Part shown: positions 19,562-31,400 of the stretch, one piece after another
Layout: each line of letters starts with the position of its first letter
How positions within the stretch are numbered: the first letter of the stretch is position 1
Notes under the pieces: model-generated
Database searches by the model: none
Told to the model about the DNA's origin: nothing
What the model saw: only the letters and a program-made list of their open reading frames with translations
Program-made: the position numbers and the translations under genes
NCBI RefSeq assembly: GCF_056712565.1
Contig: NZ_CM160072.1
Reading direction: 5' to 3' (one strand)
DNA: 64,000 bases

Positions 19562-20253
19562 TTCCCACCTCCCGCACTGATGTCGACATACTGCGGCGCG
19601 ACATCCTGGCTAAAGCGTCGCTGATATTGATTAAGCGGCGAGCTGTCACACGCCGTGGCGTTATCTTCAATAAACTTCACCTGTTCTTCTTCCCACACCG
19701 CATCCAGCGCCTGGTGGGTGTCGTCACGCTCTTCACTGCGAATCTGTTTTATGACACTGTCACTTGACAGAGGGCTTCCTGCCAGTTGCAACAGGGCGTC
19801 AAATAACGCGTACCACGGTGCCTCGCGTTGTTTTAAGCGTCCGCCAAGCAGGGCGAGGATCGGCGCAACGTTGAGTAATCCTTCTTTCGCCTGATCGTCC
19901 GGAAGTACGCTTAAATACTCCAGATACAGCGGTAGATAATCGGGCAGTTCCCTACAATTCAGTTGCAGACCGACCTTTTCATACTCCGCCAGCAGGTCCA
20001 CCATTGCCTGGCCGCGATCGCGGGACTCGGCATGAACATGTTCAAACAGCAGCAGCGACGTGGTGCGCCCGCGGTCAAACACTTCACACCATTCGGCCTG
20101 TTTATCCAGCAGCGGGGCGTTGAGCAGGTCGAGTGCAAAATCGGTGAGCATCGGCGCGTCGCGGCGGATAAGCGCCAGCGCGTCGTCCTTACACTCCCAC
20201 AACAACTCGTCTGGGTACTCCATCAACAGGCCGATCACTTTGAGGATCTGCAT
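19558..20253 (-). CDS. narW: Nitrate reductase Z assembly chaperone (delta subunit)
   Basis: 231-aa ORF between the beta and gamma subunit genes. Confidence 0.9.
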
Positions 20254-21797
20254 TATTCGCCCTCCGCTTTGTCGCGCACTTCGGTGATGTTGATGGCATC
20301 GATACGGCTACTGTTGAACAGGTTGAATTTGCTGTCCGAACCGTGGCAACCGTCGCCAAAGGTAAAACCGCAGCCGTTGCGTTCTGCGAAGGCATCGCCC
20401 GCCATTTCCCGATGGCTTGTCGGGATGACGAAACGATCTTCATAGTTGGCAATGGCGAGGTAACGATACATCTCTTCGACCTGGGCGACGCTCAGGCCTA
20501 CTTCGTCGATGGCACGAGTATCAGTAACGCCTTCCACGGTTTGTGAACGCATATAGTGGCGCATCGCCATCATCCGTTTCAGCGCCCGCAGTACCGGACC
20601 GGTATCACCGGCACTCAACATATTGGCGAGATATTGCACCGGAATACGCAGGCTTTCGATGGCGGGCAGCACGCCTTCGCTTTTCGGCAAGCCGCCCGCA
20701 TCAGCGTAGGACTGAATCGGTGACAGCGGAGGAACGTACCAGACCATCGGCAGGGTGCGGTATTCAGGGTGCAGCGGTAGCGCCAGTTTCCAGTCCATCG
20801 CCATTTTGTAGACAGGCGAACGCTGGGCAGCGTCAATCACGTTTTGTGGAATACCTTGTTTCAGGGCTTCTTCGATCACCGAGGGATCGTGCGGATCGAG
20901 GAACACTTCGCACTGGCGTTCATAGAGATCGACCTCTCGTTCGGTACTCGCTGCTTCTTCGATGCGGTCGGCGTCGTAGAGCAGCACGCCCAGATACCGG
21001 ATGCGACCCACGCAGGTTTCGGAGCAGACTGTTGGCTGACCGGACTCAATTCGCGGATAACAGAAAATACATTTTTCTGACTTACCGCTTTTCCAGTTGA
21101 AGTAGATTTTTTTGTATGGGCAACCGCTAATGCACAAACGCCAGCCACGGCATTTATCCTGATCGATCAGCACAATGCCGTCTTCTTCGCGTTTGTAGAT
21201 AGCGCCGCTGGGGCAGGTCGCTACACAACTGGGGTTAAGGCAGTGTTCGCACAAGCGCGGCAGGTACATCATGAAGGTGTTTTCAAACTGCCCGTACATC
21301 TCCTTTTGCATGGCCTCGAAGTTGCGGTCGCGGGCTCGTTTTTCAAATTCGCCGCCCAGCAGTTCTTCCCAGTTTGGGCCCCAGATCACTTTGTCCATCC
21401 GTTTGCCGTCAATCAGTGAACGCGGACGGGCGGTGGGAATATGTTTGCCTTCCGGCGCGCTATGCAAATGTTCGTAGTCGAAGGTGAAAGGTTCGTAGTA
21501 ATCGTCAATCTGCGGCACTACCGGGTTGGCGAAAATTTTGGTAATCACGCCCATTTTGCTGCCCAGACGCGGGCGTATCTTGCCATTCACATCACGCACC
21601 CAGCCGCCTTGCCATTCTTCCTGATCTTCCCAGTTTTTCGGATAACCAATGCCCGGTTTGGTTTCGACGTTGTTAAACCATGCGTACTCCATGCCTTCGC
21701 GTCCGGTCCAGACGTTTTTACAGGTCACCGAACAGGTATGGCAGCCGATACATTTATCGAGGTTAAGCACCATGCCGACTTGCGAACGTATTTTCAT
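20253..21797 (-). CDS. narY: Nitrate reductase Z beta subunit (iron-sulfur)
   Basis: 514-aa ORF with multiple Cys clusters (CIGCHTCSVTC, CEHCLNPSCVATCPSGA). Confidence 0.9.
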   Translation of the reverse strand: MKIRSQVGMVLNLDKCIGCHTCSVTCKNVWTGREGMEYAWFNNVETKPGIGYPKNWEDQEEWQGGWVRDVNGKIRPRLGSKMGVITKIFANPVVPQIDDYYEPFTFDYEHLHSAPEGKHIPTARPRSLIDGKRMDKVIWGPNWEELLGGEFEKRARDRNFEAMQKEMYGQFENTFMMYLPRLCEHCLNPSCVATCPSGAIYKREEDGIVLIDQDKCRGWRLCISGCPYKKIYFNWKSGKSEKCIFCYPRIESGQPTVCSETCVGRIRYLGVLLYDADRIEEAASTEREVDLYERQCEVFLDPHDPSVIEEALKQGIPQNVIDAAQRSPVYKMAMDWKLALPLHPEYRTLPMVWYVPPLSPIQSYADAGGLPKSEGVLPAIESLRIPVQYLANMLSAGDTGPVLRALKRMMAMRHYMRSQTVEGVTDTRAIDEVGLSVAQVEEMYRYLAIANYEDRFVIPTSHREMAGDAFAERNGCGFTFGDGCHGSDSKFNLFNSSRIDAINITEVRDKAEGE

Positions 21798-24700
21798 TTT
21801 TTCGCCTCCTGTACCTGATCGCGACCTTCATCATCCAGCCAGTTAACGTTCTTCATCTTGCGGATCATGATGAATTCGTCGCGGTTTGAGCCGACGGTGC
21901 CGTAGTAGTTAAAGCCCCAGGCCAGCTGCGCGTAACCGCCAATCATATGCGTTGGTTTCGGACAAACGCGGGTGACCGAGTTATGAATGCCGCCGCGCAT
22001 GCCAGTTACTTCCGAACCAGGAATATTCATAATGCGTTCCTGAGCGTGATACATCATGGTCATGCCCGGCGGTACACGCTGGCTGACCACCGCGCGGGCA
22101 GTCAGCGCGCCATTGGCGTTAAACACTTCCACCCAGTCGTTATCGACAATGGTCAGTTCACGGGCATCGGTTTCGCTGAGCCAGACAATCGGTCCACCGC
22201 GAGAGAGCGTCAGCATTAGCAGGTTTTCACTGTAGGTTGAGTGAATGCCCCATTTCTGGTGCGGCGTCAGGAAGTTAAGGGCTTTCTCCGGGAAGCCGTT
22301 TGGCGGTATCTGGCGCATTTCACTGACGCTACGGGTGTCGATAGGCGGGCGATAAGCCACCAGACTTTCACCAAAAGCACGCATCCACGGATGATCCTGA
22401 TAGAGTTGCTGGCGTCCTGACAGCGTGCGCCACGGAATTAACTCATGAACGTTGGTGTATCCCGCGTTATAGGAAACGTGATCGCTTTCCAGACCAGACC
22501 ATGTGGGGCTGGAGATAATTTTACGCGGCTGCGCCTGAATATCGCGAAAGCGAATCTTCTCGTCCTCTTTGTGCAGCGCCAGATGGGTATGTTCGCGTCC
22601 GGTGATCTCGCCCAGCGCTTGCCACGCTTTGACTGCAACATGGCCGTTGGTTTCCGGTGCCAGTGCCAGAATCACTTCTGATGCGTCAATGGCGGTGTCA
22701 ATCAGCGGACGCCCCTTTGCCGGGCCATCACGCTTGGTGTAATTGAGTTTACCGAGGAAATCAATTTCATCCTGGGTATTCCACGAAATCCCTTTACCGC
22801 CGTTGCCAAGTTTGTCCATCAATGGCCCGAGTGAGGTAAAGCGTTCATAGGTAGCAGGGTAGTCGCGCTCCACCGCCACAATATTCGGCGCGGTTTTGCC
22901 TGGAATCAGATCGCACTCGCCTTTGCGCCAGTCGAGCACTTCACACGGCTGTGAAAGCTCTGCCGGGGAGTCATGCAGCAGTGGTTGTAATACCACGTCG
23001 GTTTCTTTGCCGAGATGCCCTATGCACACTTGCGAAAAGGCTTTAGCGATACCTTTGTAGATTTCCCAGTCGCTGCGTGATTCCCACGCCGGATCGACCG
23101 CCGCAGAAAGCGGATGAATAAATGGATGCATATCCGAGGTATTCATATCGTCTTTTTCGTACCAGGTGGCGGTGGGCAGAACGATATCGGAGAACAGGCA
23201 GGTACTGGACATGCGGAAGTCGAGCGTCACCAGCAGGTCGAGCTTGCCTTCAATCGCCGCAGTTTGCCACTCGACTTCTTCTGGTTGGATTCCCTCCGTC
23301 GGTCCAAGTTCTTCCCCCTGAATGCCACTTTTCGTACCCAGCAGATACTTCTGCATATACTCGTGGCCCTTGCCGGAAGAGCCAAGCAGGTTTGAACGCC
23401 AGACAAACAGGTTACGCGGATGGTTGCTGCCGTTGTCCGGCTGTTCGCAGGCCATGCGTAATTCGCCTGACTTCAGTGCCTGGACGGTAAATTCGGCGGG
23501 TGACAATCCGGCCTTGTCGGCTTCGGCTTTCAGGGAGAGCGGGTTACGCCCCAGCTGCGGCGCAGAAGGTAGCCAGCCCATACGTTCGGCGCGAACGTTG
23601 AAATCAATCAGGTGACCGCTGTATTTACTGGCATCGGCGAGCGGTGAGAGCAATTCCTGCGCGGTGACTTTTTCATAGCGCCACTGGCTGGAGTGATTGT
23701 AGAAAAACGAGGTGCTGTTCATCTGGCGCGGTGGTCGGTTCCAGTCGAGCGCAAAGGCCAGAGGCAGCCAGCCGGTTTGCGGGCGCAGTTTTTCCTGACC
23801 GACATAGTGTGCCCAGCCGCCACCGCTTTGCCCGACACAACCGCAGAAGATCAGCATATTGATCATCCCGCGGTAGTTCATGTCCATGTGATACCAGTGG
23901 TTAACACCTGCGCCGAGAATAATCATCGAGCGCCCATGCGTTTTATGGGCGGTATCGGCAAATTCACGGGCGATGGTTTCAATATACTGGCGCGGAACGC
24001 CGGTAATTTGCTCGCCCCAGGCAGGGGTATAAGGTTTGATTTCAGCGTAATCTTTCGCGCTGTTTTCATCTTCCAGCCCGCGATCGAGGCCGTAATTCGC
24101 CAGTACCAAATCATAAACGCTGACCACCGGACAGGTGCTACCATCGGCTAATGTCAGGTTTTTAACGGGCAATTGGCGCACCAGGACAGGATTGTGTTTT
24201 ACGCTGCGAAAATGTGGATTTTCAATGCCGCCAAAGTAGGGGAAGGCCACGCCTGCAACGGCGTCATGTTGACCGAGCAGGGTTAACGACAATTCGGTTT
24301 CCGTACCGGCGGCAATGGATTCCAGGTTCCATTTGCCTTTTTCTCCCCAGCGAAAACCAATCGAACCGTTCGGCACTACCAATTCACCTGCGGTATTAAC
24401 TGCCACGGTTTTCCACTGCGGATTATTGCTTTCGCCCAGTCCATCCACCAGGTCAGATGCGCGGACCATGCGCCCGGGAACGTAGCTGCCGTCGTCGCGA
24501 GGTTCCAGCATTACCAGCATCGGCATGTCGCTGTAGCGGCGGCAGTAGTTGATAAAATAATCGCTGGGATTATCGAGATGAAACTCTTTTAAAATGACAT
24601 GGCCCATTGCCATTGCCAGGGCACTATCAGTGCCTTGTTTCGGTGCCAGCCACTGGTCGCACAATTTGGCCACTTCAGAGTAGTCAGGGGTAATGGCGAT

Positions 24701-25534
24701 GGTTTTAGTGCCTTTGTAGCGTACTTCGGTAAAGAAATGGGCGTCCGGCGTACGTGTCTGCGGTACGTTAGACCCCCAGGCGATGATGTAACTGGAGTTA
24801 TACCAGTCGGCAGATTCCGGTACGTCGGTTTGCTCGCCCCAGGTCATCGGCGAGGCGGGCGGCAGGTCGCAATACCAGTCGTAGAAGCTTAAACAGGTGC
24901 CACCTAACAACGACAGATAGCGTGTTCCGGCGGCGTAAGAAACCATCGACATCGCCGGAATCGGCGAGAAACCGGCAACGCGATCCGGGCCGTAAGTTTT
25001 GATGGTCCAGACGTTAGCGGCGGCAATCAGCTGATTTAGCTCCTGCCAGTTGGAGCGGATAAAGCCACCGCGTCCACGCACTTGTTTGTAGCTCAGGCTC
25101 TTTTGCGGATCGTTCATAATCGATGCCCACGCCAGTACCGGATCGCTGTGTTGTTTGAGGGCTTCGCGCCACAGTTCAATCAGTCGTTTACGAATGAGCG
25201 GGTATTTCAGGCGGTTAGCGCTGTAGAGATACCAGGAGTAACTTGCGCCACGCGGGCAGCCGCGAGGTTCATGATTTGGCAGGTCAGGGCGAGTGCGCGG
25301 GTAGTCGGTCTGTTGGATTTCCCAGGTCACCAGACCATTTTTAACGTAGATTTTCCAGCTGCAGGAGCCTGTACAGTTAACACCGTGGGTGGAACGCACG
25401 ATTTTGTCGAACTGCCAACGCTGGCGATAGCTGTCCTCCCAGTCGCGGTTGCTATGCATCACCTGTCCGTGACCATCGGCAAAGGTTTCGCCCTTTTGTT
25501 TGAAGTAGCGAAAGCGATCCAAAAGTTTACTCAT
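21794..25534 (-). CDS. narZ: Nitrate reductase Z alpha subunit (molybdopterin catalytic subunit)
   Basis: Track ORF 21794..25657 trimmed to the internal Met (MSKLLDRFRYFKQKGETF...) to give 1246 aa. Confidence 0.9.
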   Translation of the reverse strand: MSKLLDRFRYFKQKGETFADGHGQVMHSNRDWEDSYRQRWQFDKIVRSTHGVNCTGSCSWKIYVKNGLVTWEIQQTDYPRTRPDLPNHEPRGCPRGASYSWYLYSANRLKYPLIRKRLIELWREALKQHSDPVLAWASIMNDPQKSLSYKQVRGRGGFIRSNWQELNQLIAAANVWTIKTYGPDRVAGFSPIPAMSMVSYAAGTRYLSLLGGTCLSFYDWYCDLPPASPMTWGEQTDVPESADWYNSSYIIAWGSNVPQTRTPDAHFFTEVRYKGTKTIAITPDYSEVAKLCDQWLAPKQGTDSALAMAMGHVILKEFHLDNPSDYFINYCRRYSDMPMLVMLEPRDDGSYVPGRMVRASDLVDGLGESNNPQWKTVAVNTAGELVVPNGSIGFRWGEKGKWNLESIAAGTETELSLTLLGQHDAVAGVAFPYFGGIENPHFRSVKHNPVLVRQLPVKNLTLADGSTCPVVSVYDLVLANYGLDRGLEDENSAKDYAEIKPYTPAWGEQITGVPRQYIETIAREFADTAHKTHGRSMIILGAGVNHWYHMDMNYRGMINMLIFCGCVGQSGGGWAHYVGQEKLRPQTGWLPLAFALDWNRPPRQMNSTSFFYNHSSQWRYEKVTAQELLSPLADASKYSGHLIDFNVRAERMGWLPSAPQLGRNPLSLKAEADKAGLSPAEFTVQALKSGELRMACEQPDNGSNHPRNLFVWRSNLLGSSGKGHEYMQKYLLGTKSGIQGEELGPTEGIQPEEVEWQTAAIEGKLDLLVTLDFRMSSTCLFSDIVLPTATWYEKDDMNTSDMHPFIHPLSAAVDPAWESRSDWEIYKGIAKAFSQVCIGHLGKETDVVLQPLLHDSPAELSQPCEVLDWRKGECDLIPGKTAPNIVAVERDYPATYERFTSLGPLMDKLGNGGKGISWNTQDEIDFLGKLNYTKRDGPAKGRPLIDTAIDASEVILALAPETNGHVAVKAWQALGEITGREHTHLALHKEDEKIRFRDIQAQPRKIISSPTWSGLESDHVSYNAGYTNVHELIPWRTLSGRQQLYQDHPWMRAFGESLVAYRPPIDTRSVSEMRQIPPNGFPEKALNFLTPHQKWGIHSTYSENLLMLTLSRGGPIVWLSETDARELTIVDNDWVEVFNANGALTARAVVSQRVPPGMTMMYHAQERIMNIPGSEVTGMRGGIHNSVTRVCPKPTHMIGGYAQLAWGFNYYGTVGSNRDEFIMIRKMKNVNWLDDEGRDQVQEAKK

Positions 25535-25559
25535 GACATAACTCCTGCTCCAGGAATGA

Positions 25560-25625
25560 ATTGGGATCTGATGCCTTGTCGGATGAGACACGGTTGTAGC
25601 CTGATAAGACGTGTCAGGCATCGAT
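25560..25625. repeat. REP-like palindromic element
   Basis: gcctgataagacgtgtcaggcatc-type palindrome between narZ start and narU stop. Confidence 0.4.
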
Positions 25626-25628
25626 CTC

Positions 25629-27017
25629 TTATTTTTGGCTGAACTTCCGCCGACCATAAACCAGCCAGGTCAGTAGCACACAAACGATGTAGAAGATTAA
25701 AAACACTTTCATCGCGCCCACCGGAGAGCCGGTCATATTGAGCGACATGCCAAACGCCTGCGGAATAAAAAAGCCGCCCACTGCGCCAATGGCTGAGATA
25801 AAGCCCAGAGCGGCTGCCGTTTCGGTGACGGCTTCTCTTTGAGCTTGCTCATCACTACTGCCTTTCATCTTCACCCGATAAATTGTTATCTGGCGAAAGA
25901 TGACGGCGATCATCTGGAAAGTAGAACCACTTCCCAGACCCGCGGTCAGAAACAGCCCCATAAATACGGCGTAAAATGCGATGAAATTACCGGAGCCTGT
26001 GCCCGGTAAGGTAAGGAACAGCAGGGCGCTGAAAATCGCCATAAAAATGAAGTTGATCAACGTCACCCGCACGCCGCCGAATTTATCGGAAATAGCACCA
26101 CCAACCGATCGCGCGATGGCACCGATAAATGGGCCAAAGAACGCCAGGCGCAGAATATTCACATCCGGGAACTGGGTTTTTGCCAGCATGGCAAAACCCG
26201 CAGAAAAACCGATAAACGAACCGAAGGTGGCAAGATAAAGCAGGCTCAGCAGCCAGAGATGCAGGCGTTGTAAGACAGGGAGCTGGTCGGCAATTGAGGC
26301 GCGTGAACTGGCGATATCATTCATCCCTGACCAGGCGGCGATCGTGGCAATCGCCAGTAATGGCACCCAAATCCATGCGGCATTCGCCAGCGACATCACC
26401 GAACCGTCGGCCTGCGGTACGCCATTGACGCCGAGAAAGGCAAATACGGGTACAAAAATGACCAGCGGTGCAACCAGCTGCATCACACTTACACCTAAGT
26501 TTCCTAATCCGCCATTAATCCCAAGAGCGCTCCCTTGTTTGGCTTTTGGAAAGAAGAAACTGATATTGCCCATGCTCGAAGCAAAGTTCGCACCTGCAAA
26601 ACCGCATAGCAAAGCGATAACGATAAATATCCCAAAAGGGGTATTCGGATTTTGCACGGCAATTCCGAGCCAGACGCAAGGAATAATCAGGATTGCAGTA
26701 CTAAAAACCGTCCATCGGCGTCCACCGAATATAGGCACCATAAAGGAGTAGGGGACACGCAATAATGCGCCAGAAACGGAGGGTAATGCGGTTAATAAAA
26801 AGAGTTGATCGGTAGTGAAATTAAAACCGATTTTATTGAGATTAACAGTAACTGCGCTAAATAGCATCCAGACACAGAAGGCAAGAAGTAGGCAACTGAC
26901 TGATATCCAGAGGTTTCTTCGTGCAATATGCTTTCCTTTATTTTCCCAGAAGGCCGGATTTTCTGGTTTCCAGTCGCGTAAAAGATAACGACTATTTTTC
27001 TCATTTTGCAGTGCCAT
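25629..27017 (-). CDS. narU: Nitrate/nitrite transporter (MFS)
   Basis: Track ORF 25629..27059 trimmed to MALQNEKNSRYLLRDW... to give 462 aa; 12-helix MFS-like hydropathy. Confidence 0.9.
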   Translation of the reverse strand: MALQNEKNSRYLLRDWKPENPAFWENKGKHIARRNLWISVSCLLLAFCVWMLFSAVTVNLNKIGFNFTTDQLFLLTALPSVSGALLRVPYSFMVPIFGGRRWTVFSTAILIIPCVWLGIAVQNPNTPFGIFIVIALLCGFAGANFASSMGNISFFFPKAKQGSALGINGGLGNLGVSVMQLVAPLVIFVPVFAFLGVNGVPQADGSVMSLANAAWIWVPLLAIATIAAWSGMNDIASSRASIADQLPVLQRLHLWLLSLLYLATFGSFIGFSAGFAMLAKTQFPDVNILRLAFFGPFIGAIARSVGGAISDKFGGVRVTLINFIFMAIFSALLFLTLPGTGSGNFIAFYAVFMGLFLTAGLGSGSTFQMIAVIFRQITIYRVKMKGSSDEQAQREAVTETAAALGFISAIGAVGGFFIPQAFGMSLNMTGSPVGAMKVFLIFYIVCVLLTWLVYGRRKFSQK

Positions 27018-27289
27018 ATTGTTCCTCACATGCACACATTGGTAATGAAAAAAAGACAAAACAGGAGGTAAGGCGCAATAGCCAGTTATTAGAATTAAGG
27101 ATGAATCAGGTGAAGTGCTGATTAGAAGAATAGATAAGAAAGCGTAACTGCGGGGGCAGAATGTGGATTAAACAGACAGATATGTGTTACTAAATGTAAC
27201 TAAAATGGCTTTCTGGTATTTGAAATTTATTTTTTAATATTGTCAGAATTTATCTGATTAACTGCCGGGCCGTAGACCCGACAATTATT

Positions 27290-28171
27290 TTAGCCACGAC
27301 GTGTCGCCAGCCAGCAGAGCAGGGAACCGCCGCAGACCATTAGCGCGCCTTGCCAGAACGAGAACGACAGCGGGGCGCTGAGCAGCACGGCTGCAAGCGC
27401 TGAGGAAAGGACGGGCGTAAAATACGAACCTACCGCCATTATGGTGACGTTGCCATGTAATATACCGACATTCCATGCAGCATAAGCAAATCCTAAGGTA
27501 AATGCCGCAGAGATGAGTTTAATCATGACGGGCGTGCTAAATACCATTTCTGGTTGTGGCGTAAGAAAATAGTAAACCCACAGACTTGCTCCCGTTAGCA
27601 GGACAAAAACGGTAATTCCGTTAAATCCGCGTGCGTATTTATTCGTTACTGTGCAGTAGGCTGCCCAGATAAACGCCCCAATGAACGCCAGGAAATAACT
27701 CAATGGGCTGGTGGTGATATTATTAATAATTTGATCATAATGTAACCCATTGTCACCGCCTAACACCCAGCAGACGCCGACCAGGGCTAATAATAATCCT
27801 GGTACAATCAGCCAGTTGGTTTTCTGACCATTAAACAGAATGGCAAAGAGAATTGTCAGGCTGGGCCACAGATAGTTCACCATACCCACTTCAATCGCCT
27901 GATGACGGGTCGCCGCATACCCTAAGGAAAGCGCCAGACAGATTTCATAGCTGACGAATAACAGACTCCCGGCGAGTAAATAGCCTTTCGGGATCTGTCG
28001 AATACGCGGAAATCCAACCGTGAAGATTAACAGCAGCCCGCTTAATGAATAGATAGCAGCTGCGCCGCCGACCGGGCCGAGTCCCTCACTGACACCGCGA
28101 ATCAATCCTACCATCGTGCTCCACAGGACGATCGCTATTAGCCCTATGAGCGTTGCTTTTTGTCGTGTCAT
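27290..28171 (-). CDS. yddG: Aromatic amino acid exporter (DMT superfamily)
   Basis: 293-aa hydrophobic ORF directly upstream (divergent) of fdnG. Confidence 0.85.
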   Translation of the reverse strand: MTRQKATLIGLIAIVLWSTMVGLIRGVSEGLGPVGGAAAIYSLSGLLLIFTVGFPRIRQIPKGYLLAGSLLFVSYEICLALSLGYAATRHQAIEVGMVNYLWPSLTILFAILFNGQKTNWLIVPGLLLALVGVCWVLGGDNGLHYDQIINNITTSPLSYFLAFIGAFIWAAYCTVTNKYARGFNGITVFVLLTGASLWVYYFLTPQPEMVFSTPVMIKLISAAFTLGFAYAAWNVGILHGNVTIMAVGSYFTPVLSSALAAVLLSAPLSFSFWQGALMVCGGSLLCWLATRRG

Positions 28172-28402
28172 GCTCGCTGTTTTGTCTCTCTTGCCGTTAA
28201 AAATTAAGCTGAATTTTATAGCATTTTTTTAACTGCCCTGTCAGGCAGTGGGGCGTTTTTCTACCGCTATTGAGGTAGGTCAATTTGCGCAGGCGGATTA
28301 TTTTGTGGCAAACACGTGTTCTTTTTGATTTCGCGCAAAAAGATTCAGAATTTTACTGTTAGTTTCCTCGCGCAGTAATACCCCTGAAAAAAGAGGAAAG
28401 CA

Positions 28403-31400
28403 ATGGACGTCAGTCGCAGACAATTTTTTAAAATCTGCGCGGGCGGTATGGCGGGAACAACAGTAGCAGCATTGGGCTTTGCCCCGAAGCAAGCACTGGC
28501 TCAGGCGCGAAACTACAAATTATTACGCGCGAAAGAGATCCGTAACACCTGCACATACTGTTCCGTAGGTTGCGGGCTATTGATGTATAGCCTGGGTGAT
28601 GGCGCGAAAAACGCCAGAGAAGCGATTTATCACATTGAAGGTGACCCGGATCATCCGGTAAGCCGTGGTGCGCTGTGCCCGAAAGGGGCCGGTTTGCTGG
28701 ATTACGTCAACAGCGAAAACCGTCTGCGCTACCCGGAATATCGTGCGCCAGGTTCTGACAAATGGCAGCGCATTAGCTGGGAAGAAGCATTCTCCCGTAT
28801 TGCGAAGCTGATGAAAGCCGACCGTGACGCTAACTTTATTGAAAAGAACGAGCAGGGCGTAACGGTAAACCGTTGGCTTTCTACCGGTATGCTGTGTGCT
28901 TCCGGTGCCAGCAACGAAACCGGGATGCTGACTCAAAAATTTGCCCGCTCCCTCGGGATGCTGGCGGTAGACAACCAGGCGCGCGTCTGACACGGACCAA
29001 CGGTAGCAAGTCTTGCTCCAACATTTGGTCGCGGTGCGATGACCAACCACTGGGTGGATATCAAAAACGCTAACGTCGTAATGGTGATGGGCGGTAACGC
29101 TGCTGAAGCGCATCCCGTCGGTTTCCGCTGGGCGATGGAAGCGAAAAACAACAACGATGCAACCTTGATCGTTGTCGATCCCCGTTTTACGCGTACCGCT
29201 TCTGTGGCGGATATTTACGCACCTATTCGTTCCGGTACGGACATTACGTTCCTGTCTGGCGTTTTGCGCTACCTGATCGAAAACAACAAAATCAACGCCG
29301 AATACGTTAAGCATTACACCAACGCCAGCCTGCTGGTGCGTGATGATTTTGCTTTCGAAGACGGTCTGTTCAGCGGCTACGACGCTGAAAAACGTCAATA
29401 CGATAAGTCGTCCTGGAACTATCAGTTCGATGAAAACGGCTATGCGAAACGCGATGACACGCTGACTCATCCGCGCTGTGTATGGAACCTGCTGAAAGCG
29501 CACGTTTCCCGCTACACGCCGGACGTAGTAGAAAACATTTGCGGTACGCCAAAAGCCGACTTCCTGAAAGTGTGTGAAGTGCTGGCCTCCACCAGCGCAC
29601 CGGATCGCACAACCACCTTCCTGTACGCGCTGGGCTGGACGCAGCACACCGTGGGTGCGCAGAACATCCGTACGATGGCGATGATCCAGTTACTGCTCGG
29701 TAACATGGGTATGGCCGGTGGCGGCGTGAACGCATTGCGTGGTCACTCCAACATTCAGGGCCTGACTGACTTAGGCCTGCTCTCTACCAGCCTGCCAGGT
29801 TACCTGACGCTGCCGTCAGAAAAACAGGTTGATTTGCAGTCGTATCTGGAAGCGAACACGCCGAAAGCGACGCTGGCTGATCAGGTGAACTACTGGAGCA
29901 ACTATCCGAAGTTTTTCGTTAGCCTGATGAAATCTTTCTACGGCGATGCCGCGCAGAAAGAGAACAACTGGGGCTACGACTGGCTGCCGAAGTGGGACCA
30001 GACCTACGACGTCATCAAGTATTTCAACATGATGGATGAAGGTAAAGTCACCGGTTATTTCTGCCAGGGCTTTAACCCGGTTGCGTCCTTCCCGGACAAA
30101 AACAAAGTGGTGAGCTGCCTGAGCAAGCTGAAGTACATGGTGGTTATCGATCCGCTGGTGACTGAAACCTCTACCTTCTGGCAGAACCACGGCGAGTCGA
30201 ACGATGTCGATCCGGCATCTATTCAGACTGAAGTATTCCGTCTGCCTTCGACCTGCTTTGCTGAAGAAGATGGTTCTATCGCTAACTCCGGTCGCTGGTT
30301 GCAGTGGCACTGGAAAGGTCAGGACGCGCCGGGCGAAGCGCGTAACGACGGCGAAATTCTGGCGGGTATCTACCATCATCTGCGCGAGCTGTACCAGGCC
30401 GAAGGTGGTAAAGGCGTAGAACCGCTGATGAAGATGAGCTGGAACTACAAGCAGCCGCACGAACCGCAATCTGACGAAGTAGCTAAAGAGAACAACGGCT
30501 ATGCGCTGGAAGATCTCTATGATGCCAATGGCGTGCTGATTGCGAAGAAAGGTCAGTTGCTGAGTAGCTTTGCGCATCTGCGTGATGACGGTACAACCGC
30601 ATCGTCTTGCTGGATCTACACCGGTAGCTGGACAGAGCAGGGCAACCAGATGGCTAACCGCGATAACTCCGACCCGTCCGGTCTGGGGAATACGCTGGGA
30701 TGGGCCTGGGCGTGGCCGCTCAACCGTCGCGTACTCTACAACCGTGCTTCGGCGGATATCAACGGTAAACCGTGGGATCCGAAACGGATGCTGATCCAGT
30801 GGAACGGTAGCAAGTGGACGGGTAACGATATTCCGGACTTCGGCAATGCCGCACCGGGTACGCCAACCGGGCCGTTTATCATGCAGCCGGAAGGGATGGG
30901 ACGCCTGTTTGCCATCAACAAAATGGCGGAAGGTCCGTTCCCGGAACACTACGAGCCAATTGAAACGCCGCTGGGCACTAACCCGTTGCATCCGAACGTG
31001 GTGTCTAACCCGGTTGTTCGTCTGTATGAACAAGACGCGCTGCGGATGGGTAAAAAAGAGCAGTTCCCGTATGTGGGTACGACCTATCGTCTGACGGAGC
31101 ACTTCCACACCTGGACCAAGCACGCATTGCTCAACGCAATTGCTCAGCCGGAACAGTTTGTGGAAATCAGCGAAACGCTGGCGGCGGCGAAAGGCATTGC
31201 CAATGGCGATCGTGTCACTGTCTCCAGCAAGCGTGGCTTTATCCGCGCGGTGGCTGTGGTAACGCGCCGTCTGAAACCGCTGAATGTAAACGGTCAGCAG
31301 GTTGAAACGGTGGGTATTCCAATCCACTGGGGCTTTGAGGGTGTCGCGCGTAAAGGTTATATCGCTAACACTCTGACGCCGAATGTCGGTGATGCAAACT

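Noticed and set aside
25082-25642. 186-aa plus-strand ORF overlapping the narZ 5' region
   Set aside because: Antisense to narZ; no start context or recognisable domain.
21794-25657. N-terminally extended narZ (1287 aa) as given by the ORF track
   Set aside because: The extension is just the open frame upstream of the conserved Met; the protein starts at MSKLLDRF (about 25534).
28403-28990. Apparent 195-aa truncated fdnG (premature stop)
   Set aside because: The TGA is the known selenocysteine codon and the frame continues directly; not a pseudogene.
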